From: an uncultured Thermoleophilaceae bacterium
GTDB taxonomy: Bacteria > Actinomycetota > Thermoleophilia > Solirubrobacterales > Thermoleophilaceae
NCBI GenBank assembly: GCA_963733655.1
Contig: CAVTEX010000005.1
Location: forward strand, 187,834-251,833
Direction: 5' to 3'
DNA: 64,000 nt
Shown here: one piece after another, positions 28,140 through 38,316 of the stretch
Layout: each line of letters begins with the position of its first letter
How positions within the stretch are numbered: position 1 is the first letter of the stretch
Translations under genes and position numbers: made by a program
Notes under the pieces: model-generated
Seen by the model: the letters and a program-made list of their open reading frames with translations, nothing else
Databases searched by the model: none
Told to the model about the DNA's origin: nothing

Positions 28140-29382
28140 AGCATCGACGCGCGCGCAGCGGCTTCGTCGCGCACCAGGTCCGCCACCAGGTAGATCGAGC
28201 CCGTGGCGAGGACGCTCCCGTCGCGACCGGCCAGCTCCCGCGCACGCTCGAGAGCCGCGCGTGGCTCCGCCACGGTTTCTGAAGGCGGGCCGGAAAGCTG
28301 CTCCTCGAGCGAGGCCAGGGTCGCGGGCGAGAGTGAGCGGGGGTTGCGCGAGCGGGTGAAGACCACGCGATCGATGTGCGGCAGCAGCACGTCGAGCATT
28401 CCGGCCGCGTCCTTGTCGTCGAGCACGCCGATCACGGCGACGCGCGGCCGGCGCTCGCCGAGCACGTCGTCGAGCGAGGCGGCGAGCGCGAGCGAAGCCC
28501 GACGGGTTGTGAGCGCCGTCGAGCACGGTGAGCGGGCGATCGGCCACGATCTCCAGCCGCCCGGGCACGATCGTCTCCGCCGCAGCTCGCTCGACCGCCC
28601 GGCGATCCAGGGGCCGGTCGAGCATCGCCTCGGCCGCGGCCGCCGCGAGCGCGAAGTTGCCGCGCTGGAAGCGCCCGGCCGCACGCAGGTGCACGGCTCG
28701 GCGTCGCCGTCCGACGCGTACCAACCGCGCGTGGCGCTCGGCCGACGACGCGTTCGGCCACCGCGAGCGACTCGGGGTCGAGGTCGCCGACGACCAGCGT
28801 GGCGTGATCGGTGACCACGTCGAGCTTCTCCTCGGCGATGTCGGTCAAGGTCGGGCCGAGCCAGCGCGTGTGCTCCAGGCTGACCGAGGTGAGCACCTGG
28901 ACCTTCGACGGGATCACGTTGGTGGCGTCGAAGCGGCCACCCAGCCCGGCCTCGATCACGGCCACCTCCACCCCACGCCGGGCGAGCTCGTGGTAGGCCG
29001 CCGCCGTGAGCGCCTCGAACTGGGTCACGTGGTCGTCGGGCTCGGCGTTGCGGTTGACGAGCTCCGCCGCATGAGCGGCTCGCTCCACCGCAGCGGCGAA
29101 ATCGGCCTCGGAGACCGGCTCCTCCCCCACCTCGATTCGCTCCCGGAACGAGGCCAGGTGCGGCGACGTGTAGCTGCCCGTACCCAGCCCGTGGCGCTCG
29201 AGGATCGCCGCGAGGAAACGGACGGTCGACGACTTGCCATTGGAGCCCACCACGTGGACGGAGGCGAAGCGGCGTTGCGGCAGGCCCAGCACGGTCATCA
29301 GCCGGTGCATGCGGTCGAGCCCGAAGCGCATGCCGAACAGCTCCAGGCCGAGCAGGTACTCCTCGGCCTGGCGAAAGGTCAA
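28136..29382 (-). CDS. folC: bifunctional folylpolyglutamate synthase / dihydrofolate synthase, two apparent frameshifts (~28750, ~28505)
   Basis: Three frames join: [25 protein letters not shown]...VVGSNGKSST...LEHTRWLG (ORF 28432..29826); LVRVG...GRFQRGNFALAAAAAEAML...LDGAHNP (ORF 27549..28724); ASLALAASL...VIGVLDDKD...GSIYLVADL (ORF 28136..29656). TTG start overlaps the valS stop (TTGA). Confidence 0.85.
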
Positions 29383-32008
29383 GGCGAGCCCTCCAGGCGC
29401 CGCAGTGCCTCGCGGTACTCGTCGAGCTTGCGGCGCTCCTCGTCCACCACCTCGGGCGGGGCCTTGGCCACGAAGCCCTCGTTGGCGAGCTTGCGCTCGG
29501 CGCGCTGGATCTCGGCGCGGAGCTGCTCGCGCTTCTTGTCGATGCGGCGCAGAGCCTCGTCGGCGTCGAAGGCCTCGGAGGGCAGCACCTGCACCGCCCC
29601 GCCGGGGATCGGGACGCGTGGCAAGCACGTCGCCGTTCTGGGAGGCGTCCACCCACACGAAGCGGGCCAGCCGCGCGAGCTGATCACGCAGTGCGTCGTA
29701 GCCCTCTGCGGCCAGGCGCCCGCGCACCGGTGCGCTTGGCTTGGCGCTCACCTCGTCGCGGTAGCGCCGCAGCGCGGTGACCGCCTCGATCAGGCGGCTC
29801 GACCTCGGCTTCGGCCGGCTCGTCAAAGCGCGAGGGGTCGGCCTCGGGCCAGTCCGCCACCGCCAGCAGGCCGCGCTCGCCCGGCATCAGGCCCCAGATC
29901 TCCTCGGTCACGAAGGGCATCACGGGGTGGAGCAGGCGCAGCGTGCGCTCGAGAGCCCACAGCAGCACCGCCGAGACCTCGGCGTTGTCCTCCTCGTAGA
30001 GACGGGGCTTGGCCAGCTCGAGGTACCAGTCGCACAGCTCCGACCAGAACGCGGCGTAGAGCTCGAGCGTCGCGGCAGAGAAGCGAAAACCGTCGAGCAT
30101 CTCGGTGGCGCGCTCGGTGTGGCGCTCCAGGCGGGAGACGATCCAGCGATCCTCGACACTGCGCCCGGCCCGCGGATCGGGCTCCACGTCGGCTGCGCGC
30201 AGCAGGATCAGGCGCGAGGCGTTCCACAGCTTGTTGGCCAGGTCGCGGCCCTGCTTGACGCGCTCCTCGTTGAAGCGCACGTCCTGCGACGAGGACATCG
30301 CGAGCAGCCCGAAGCGCAGCGCATCCGCGCCGTAGGCCGGGAACTCGCCGCCCTGTTCGAATACCGGCGGTCGCGGCCCGCCGTGGATCAGCTCAGAGGG
30401 GTCGATGCCCGTGCCGAGTGACTTGGACATGCGCCGCCCGTCCGGCGCCTGGATCACCGAGTGGATGTTCACGTCCGAGAACGGGATCTCGCCGGTGAGC
30501 TCGACGCCGAACATGACCATGCGAGCCACCCAGAGGAAGATGATGTCGCGCGCCGTGGAGTTGACGTCCGTGGGATAGAACGCCCGCAGCTGCGGCGTTT
30601 CGGCGGGCCAGCCGAGCGTGGCGAACGGCCACAGTCCCGACGAGAACCAGGTGTCCAGCACGTCGGGGTCGCGCTCCCAGCCCTCTCCCTCCGGCGCGCG
30701 TCTCGGCCACGTGGGTCTCGTCACCGCGGTACCAGACGGGCAGCTGATGCCCCCACCACAGCTGGCGGGAGATGCACCAGGGACGGATGTTCTCGAGCCA
30801 GTTGAGGTAGACGCCGGTCCACGGCTTGCCGGGGTGGAACTCGATCGCCCGTCCTTCACCACCTCGATCGCCGGCGGGGCGAGTTGGTTCATGTCGCAGA
30901 ACCACTGGAGGGAGATGAGCGGCTCGATCCGGCGGCCGGAGCGATGCGAGTGAGGGACGTCGTGCTCGAAGGGCTGCGTCCCGGAGATCAGGCCCTCCGA
31001 ACGGAGGTCGGCGACCACCGCCCGCAGCGCCTCGTCCACCTCCATCCCGCGATAGCGCTCGGGCGCGGAGTCCGTGATGAGTCCGTCCTCCCCGATCACC
31101 GTGACCTCGTCGAGCCCGTGCGAGCGGCCGACCTCGAAGTCCGCCGGGTCGTGGCCGGGGGTGATCTTCAGAGCGCCGGTGCCGAACTCCGGATCCACAT
31201 GGTCGTCGGCGATGATCGGGAGCCGCCGGCCCACGAGCGGCAGGATCGCCGTCTCGCCGATCAGCCGTGAGTAGCGCTCGTCGCCGGGGTTCACCGCGAT
31301 GGCGGTGTCGGCGAGCATCGTCTCCGGGCGGACGGTCGCCACCGTGACCGAGCCCGAGCCCGACTCGAGCGGGTAGTCGAGCATGTAGAGCGTGTCCTCG
31401 ACCGTCCGCTGCTCGACCTCGAGGTCCGAGATCGCGGTGCGCAGGCCGGGATCCCAGTTGACCAGGTAGTTGTCGCGGTAGATCAGGCCCTTCTCGTACA
31501 GGCGGACGAACACGTGCGTCACGGCTCGCACGTACTCGTCGTCCATCGTGAAGCGCTCGTCCTCGTAGTCCAGCGAGGCGCCGAGCGCCTTGAACTGGCT
31601 CACGATCGTGTCTCCATACTCCTCGCGCCAGCGCCAGACGCGGCGGATGAACTCCTCGCGGCCGATCTCCTGCCGGCTCGTGCCCTGGGCCTCGAGCTGC
31701 TTCTCGACCTGGCGCTGGGTCGCGATCCCGGCGTGGTCGGTGCCGAAGATCCACTTGGCGCGCCGGCCGCGCATGCGGGCCACGCGAATTAGGGCGTCCT
31801 GGATCGAGGCGTTGAGCGCATGCCCCATATGGAGGTTGCCGGTCACGTTGGGCGGCGGAACGGCGATCGAGTAGTTCTCGTCGGCGGTGCCCTCCGGCTC
31901 CGGGTCGAAAATGCCCGCCTCCTCCCAGCGCGCAAAGACCCGGCCCTCCACCTCGGCGGGCTCGTAACGGGTGCGCTCCTCGAGCGTCTTCAGACGATCG
32001 TCGGCCAT
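29379..32008 (-). CDS. valS: valine--tRNA ligase, four apparent frameshifts (~30855, ~30703, ~29795, ~29625)
   Basis: [15 protein letters not shown] (HIGH) and MSKSLGT (KMSKS) in ORF 29684..32008. The missing segment [40 protein letters not shown] is in ORF 30393..32018. The C-terminal coiled coil [34 protein letters not shown] is in ORF 29379..29687. Confidence 0.95.
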
Positions 32009-32097
32009 GTCGCGCCAAGTGTGTCAGCCTCGCCGCGGCGCGCTAGTGAACCCCCGGGTTTGGCGCCGGGCGGGGCAGGCGCCCGCATCGGCTTCGG

Positions 32098-32766
32098 TTA
32101 CGCCGGAAGCCCCTCGATGAACTCCACGAAGCGGCGCGGGTCCCGCAGCGGCGGTCCATGGCCGAAGCAGACGAGCTCCGGCTCGAGCGGTGCCAGTTTC
32201 CGCGCCGAGCGCCGGTTCTCCTCCGGGTCGGCGGTGAAGTAGGTCTTGGGCTCGTTGAGGCCGCGGACGCCCGTGACCACGTTGATTGCGTTGAGCACGT
32301 CGCCGATGATCAGCACGCGGTCCGACTCACGCCAGAAGACCACGTGGCCCGGCGAATGGCCCGGGGTCTCGATCACTCGGAACCCGGCCACCTCGTCACC
32401 CTCGCGGAGCACGCGATCGACGTTGCGGCCCGGACCGACCCAGTAGCGCATCGCCAGGCGGTTGAAGGGATGCGGAGCCTGGCTTTCGGCGATCGCCTCG
32501 GGACGCTCCGCCAGCTCCACGTCTCCCCGGCCGACCCAGAACGGGATCCGAAGCTTGCCGCAGACCTCGTCCGATGCGCCCTGATGATCGGGATGCGCAT
32601 GGGTGAGCGCGTGGGCGTTCACGGCTCTGCCCTTCAGCTGGCCGAGGATCCGCCGCCCGGCCCGCCGGGTGGCGGCGTCGATCAGCACGTCCTCGACGAG
32701 GTAGACATTGATGGCGTCCGGAGGAAAACCGCGTAGCTGCCACACCCCGTCGGCCAGCTGCTTCAT
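32098..32766 (-). CDS. MBL-fold metallo-hydrolase
   Basis: 222 aa. LTHAHPDHQG motif, ...TPGHSPGH..., ...GHG. Sits 16 nt downstream of the recombinase-like gene. Confidence 0.9.
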   Translation of the reverse strand: MKQLADGVWQLRGFPPDAINVYLVEDVLIDAATRRAGRRILGQLKGRAVNAHALTHAHPDHQGASDEVCGKLRIPFWVGRGDVELAERPEAIAESQAPHPFNRLAMRYWVGPGRNVDRVLREGDEVAGFRVIETPGHSPGHVVFWRESDRVLIIGDVLNAINVVTGVRGLNEPKTYFTADPEENRRSARKLAPLEPELVCFGHGPPLRDPRRFVEFIEGLPA

Positions 32767-32782
32767 GGGTTGCGACCCTAGA

Positions 32783-34181
32783 TCATCGCTTCGGCCTCCG
32801 GTAGCCCGCGGCCGACTGGACGCTCGAGGGACGCCACTTCTGTCCTCCCCGCAGGGTGGGTACGCCTTCCTCGTTGAGTGCGTCGGCGATGGCCTGGAGG
32901 GTCATCCCCTCGGCCCGCATCTCCGCGATTTGCTCCTTCAGTGGTGGAACGTCCCGGACCGAGGGACGGCTGATCGAGCCCCCCTTCGCGCGTGCGGCCG
33001 CGAGACCCTTGCGCGTCCGCTCGCCGAGCCGCTGGTGCTCCCAGCCGCTCACCGAGACGATCACGTTGGCCGCCTTGCGTCCGGCCGGCTCGGCGGTGTC
33101 GATCCGATCCTGCAGCGAGACGAACCGCCCCCCGATTCGGCCGATCGACCTCAGGGCGCTGCCGAGTCCCGTCACCACCGGACTCAACTGCGGCAACGAC
33201 CACACGATCACGCACGAGGCCTCACCCGATTCCACGCGCTGCAGCGTGTGAGCCAAGCCCGGGGGGTTGGCCCGTGCGAGACGTTGCCCTTCGGCTTCGG
33301 TGACCATCTCAACCAACTGCCAGCCCCGCTCCTCGCATGCGGCGGAAATGGCCTCGCATCTGCTGCCAGACGTCCGGCCGCCCGCCCAGTCCGGAGCTCA
33401 CGTAGCCGATCGCCTTCACCATCTCCCGCTGCTTCGGCTTCTCGGGTACCCGGCGGCGTGGGTGACCGCTGGTCACCTGAGCCCGCCGTCGAACGGGCGC
33501 CGGAACCTCGGCGCCTCGATGTAGCGAGCGGTTCGTCTTGCCCTTGCTCAGCGGCGTCGCCCGGCCTCGAAGCGCTCCCACGAGCGCTGATCCCAGCAGC
33601 AGCGGCAGCACCAGCGCCAGCATCAGCTCCGGTTCAACCTCCTCCTCCTGTCCAGGCGCGGCCGCATCGGCGATCGAGGCACCAACGCCGGCCGGCTGCC
33701 GGCTGCGCTTGATCTCGACGGTCGGCCTGTCCGGCTTGCTGTTTGTGCTCCGGACCGGCTGCAACGCGGGCCGGCGAGCGGCGGCCATGAGACGACCCGC
33801 GGTCTGACGTCCGACGATCCCGTCGGCCGCGACGCCCGCGGCCCGCTGGAATCGAATGACGCCGGCCTCGGTGAGAGGCCCGTACAGGCCGTCGATGGGT
33901 CCCGGGCGCTTGCCGAGCCGGGTCAGCAGCCGTTGAAGCGCGGCCACGCGCCGTTTCTCGACCCCGACTTTTCTCGGCGCGGCCGCCGGGATCCAGTAGC
34001 CGGCGCCACGCGCGAGCGGCGGGATCGCATCCCGCGTGATCGGGGCGAGGGCGGTGCGGAACTCGGCTGTGTCGCCGGCAGTGGCCGCGAAGCCGCTGGC
34101 CGGCAGCAGAGTCAGGACCAGCACGGCCATCAGGGCCACCAGTCCGGCCCGGGCGAGGCCCAAGCCATATTTCCTTTGCAT
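32783..34181 (-). CDS. signal/anchor + PG_binding_1 domain + TM helix + catalytically degenerate serine-recombinase (resolvase)-like domain with C-terminal HTH; one apparent frameshift ~33375
   Basis: ORF 33309..34181 carries a hydrophobic N-terminus, VAALQRLLTRLGKRPGPIDGLYGPLTEAGVIRFQRAAGVAADGIVGRQTAGRL and TM LMLALVLPLLLGSALVGAL. It then runs in frame, with no stop, into MVKAIGYVSSG... Continuation EAISAACEERGWQLVEMV...DRIDTAEPAGR...ERTRKGLAAARAKG...MTLQAIADALNEEGVPTLRGGQKW is in ORF 32783..33316. Confidence 0.6.
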
Positions 34182-34252
34182 GGTTACTCCTCATCGAGCG
34201 ATTGGCCCGTGTGCGTCCGGCACACGGGCAGGCGTGGTCGAGCCCGGTGGGG

Positions 34253-36373
34253 CTAGCCAGGCCGCTCGATGACGGCGACGAACGCCGTGGGGCGCCAGGG
34301 CGCCGGCGCGTAACGCAGGCGCCGGCTGTGGCGCAGGGCGGCGAGGGCCGCCAATGAGGCGAGAAGCGCGAAGAGGGTGCTGAAGCCGACGCCGGATCCG
34401 CCGGCGGACGCGCCGCCGGAGCTGGGCGCCGGAGTCGGCGGGCTCTGCGGGCCGCCGGCCGTGGGAGCCGATGATCCCCCGCGGTGCGGCAGGATCTCCG
34501 GCCAGCGTTGCGAACGGATGTGCGGCGTTCGGCGCAGCGAAGGGCGATGCGGGGGCCGTGTCGGGGCTGGCGGTGGCGCCCGAGGGGTTCACGGGATCCG
34601 CGGCGTTCGGGACGCCCGCGGCGGACCTGGGGTCGGCCGGAGCCGTGAGCGGGCCGGGAGCTGCGACGCCCGCTTCACCGGGAGAGGGCGCTGTGCCCAG
34701 GGGCGGAGACCGGCGCCGCCGCGTCGCCGCGCGAAGCCGGAGCTGCACTGCCGCCGGGGCCCTCGCCGCTGGGATCGCCCGTCGAGGGGAGCAATGACGG
34801 AAGCGATTCCGTGGCCGGCGTGAGGATGGTGCCCAGCGGCGGCAGCGCCTGTCCGATGCCGCCCGCGATCGGTGCGACCGACATCGAGAACGGGCGCCAG
34901 GGCTCCGCTGACGGGCTGCAGCACCGGCCCGATGAGACCACCCGTCTGTTGGAGCACGGGGCTGAGCAGCCCGCCGGCGGCGCCCGTCACGGGGGCCAGA
35001 AGATCATCGGCAGTGTCGGCGACCGGCGCCAGCAGGCCGCCCGCCGTGTCGGCCACCGGGGCCAACAGCTCGTCCGGCGCGTGTCGAGCGACCGGCGCGA
35101 GCAGGTCACCGGCCGGTGTCGGCCACCGGCGCCAACAGCTCGCCCGCCGCGTCCGCGACCGGGGCGAGCAGGTCGCCGGCGGTGTCGGCCACCGGCGCCA
35201 ACAGCTCGCCCGCCGCGTCGGCACCGGGGCCAGCAGGTCGCCGGCGGTATCGGCCACCGGCGCCAACAGCTCGTCCGTCGCGTCCGCGACCGGGGTGAGC
35301 AGGTCACCGGCGGTATCGGCCACCGGGGTGAGCAGCTCGTCCGCCGCATCGGCCACCGGGCTGAGCAGCTCGTCCGCCGCATCGGCCACCGGCGCCAGCA
35401 GCTCGTCCGTCGCGTCGGCCACCGGGCTGAGCAGCTCGTCGGTCGCGTCGCTCAGCGGCGCGACCAGGTCGTCCGAGGCATCGGCCGCGGGCGTGAGAAC
35501 GTCGTTTGCGGTCTCGGCAAGAGGAGCGAGGAGGTCGTCAGTCGCGTCGGTCACCGGTCCCAGCGCCTGGTCAGCGACGTCGGTCAGGGGGGTCAGGGTC
35601 TCATCGACCGACTCGGCGACGGGCGTCAGGACCGGGGCGGTGGCCTCGGTGAGCGGCGCCAGCAGCTCGCCGGTGGCCTCCGTTGCCGGGGCGACGAGGT
35701 CTGCGGCCGGCTCCGTCAGCGGAGTCACGACGTCCTCGGCGGTGTTGGCCAGGGGCGCTGTGACGTCATCGGCGGCCTCGGTCGCGGGCACCACGAGCTC
35801 GGTTGCCGTATCGACGAGCGGAGCGACCGGCAGGTCGGGGGTCGCGATTGGGGCCGCGGGGACCTCGGCGGTTTCCTCGGCGATGGCCGCGGGCGGCTCG
35901 TCGCCGGCGCCGGTAACCGGGGTGAGCGCGTCCAGGGCGTCGGCGGCCGTCTCGGTGACCGCGGCCGGTGGGGGAGCGGGCGGCTCAGCTGGCGTGGGCA
36001 GCTCAACGGGCGCTGCCGGCTCAACGGGAGCCGGGGGCTCAACGGGAGTGGGCGGCGCCGGCTCGGCGGTGGGCGTTGGCGGGGCCGGGGCGGCCGGGGC
36101 GGGCGCCGGGGTCGCCGGCGGCGGCGCGGGTGCGGGCGGCTCTGCCGGCGGTGGCGCCGGCAGAGCCTGGGTGGCCTGCTGGACGACCTCCGGGACGACC
36201 CCCACCGGGTCCGGCAGCGAGGGCGTCGACACCCCGGGAAGTTGTGCCGCGGCAGTTGGGGCCCAGGCCGCCAGCGCTGCGCCCGTGACGGCGGCGACGG
36301 CGGCCACCCGTCGGAGGCCGGTCTCCCGGCCGCGGGGTCTGCGGCGAACGATGCTGAGGGCTCCCTGGTTCAT
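34253..36373 (-). CDS. secreted, C-terminally anchored repeat protein: signal peptide, Pro/Ala linker, ~30 acidic 11-residue repeats (PVADxxDELLx), Gly/Pro/Ser region, TM helix and short basic tail; several apparent frameshifts
   Basis: ORF 34589..36373 (MNQGALSIVRRRPRGRETGLRRVAAVAAVTGAALAAWAPTAAAQ..., then repeats). Tail reconstructed from ORFs 34675..34941 and 34191..34748 plus own translation ending ...GGSGVGFSTLFALLASLAALAALRHSRRLRYAPAPWRPTAFVAVIERPG* (stop 34253-34255). Confidence 0.7.
34890..35820 (-). repeat. 33-bp in-frame tandem repeat array (coding the 11-residue repeats)
   Basis: Plus-strand unit about GTCGGCCACCGGCGCCAACAGCTCGTCCGTCGC. It is most regular at 35000-35450 and degenerates toward 35820. 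Local 1-nt indels turn some units into RRASCWRRWPTP-type off-frame copies. Confidence 0.85.
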
Positions 36374-36542
36374 GGTGCCTATCGGTGATCGACTCTCGAC
36401 CTACCCGGACCGGCCCTCGCTCGGGCACGCGTACGCAACTAACTTGAATCAGTTTCCCGCAATTTGCGACTTTTGGGCGCCTCGTAAGCTGTGCAGATAT
36501 ACGCAACTCGTCACCGCCAGCCCGACCTCGATAATCCACGAG

Positions 36543-36903
36543 GTGTCCCCGGCGACCGAGGCCGAGCTGCTCCGAAGGGCGAAGACCCGCCTGGACCGGC
36601 TGGACTTCTATCCCGAGCCCGTGCGCATCGACGGCGTCCGGATACGGGTCACCCCGTGGCTCTTCCGCATCCCCGGCTTTAAACGCTTTCGCGGGTACGC
36701 CACCCGCCAGAACATCTGGCTCAAGCACAGTCCGCCCGGACGAACGTCTGATCGCGCACGAGCTGTGCCACGTCTGGCAGCTCCAGCACCGCCCGCTGCG
36801 AGTCTGGCTCTCGTACGCCCGGCCCTCGACCTTCAGCGCCGACAGGACGGCGTACCGCGCCAACCGCTACGAGATCGAGGCGCGCCGCGCGGCGGACTCG
36901 TGA
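36543..36903 (+). CDS. small HExxH protein (DUF4157-like zinc-metallopeptidase-fold motif), one apparent frameshift ~36729
   Basis: GTG 36543: VSPATEAELLRRAKTRLDRLDFYPEPVRIDGVRIRVTPWLFRIPGFKRFRGYATRQNIWLKH. After a 1-nt slip: VRPDERLIAHELCHVWQLQHRPLRVWLSYARPSTFSADRTAYRANRYEIEARRAADS* (HELCH at 36757-36771). Divergent from the repeat-protein gene. Confidence 0.55.
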
Positions 36904-36912
36904 AACCGCCGC

Positions 36913-38199
<1,287 letters not shown>

Positions 38200-38316
38200 G
38201 GGGTCTCTCCTCGAAGGCCGAGGGTATCAGTGAGGCTTCGCCCAGGTAGATACTCGACCGATGTCCGGCTCCCTGCAAGCGGGCGCTGATTCGCAGACGA
38301 CGATTAGGCTGCCGCC

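Noticed and set aside
28528-30258. 576-aa plus-strand ORF
   Set aside because: It is antisense to folC and valS, with Arg/Ala/Pro-rich low-complexity sequence.
32783-33422. Resolvase-like gene as an active mobile element or invertase controlling the neighbouring repeat gene
   Set aside because: The catalytic Ser/Arg/Asp-Arg-Arg constellation appears to be lost (YVSSG and LPQLSP instead of YxRVS and DRLxR). I found no flanking inverted repeats or transposase. It is retained only as a domesticated DNA-binding domain hypothesis.
34890-35820. Regular 33-bp periodicity considered as a possible CRISPR array
   Set aside because: The units are contiguous with no unique spacers, are in frame inside a long ORF, and degenerate gradually. 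No cas genes are present in the window.
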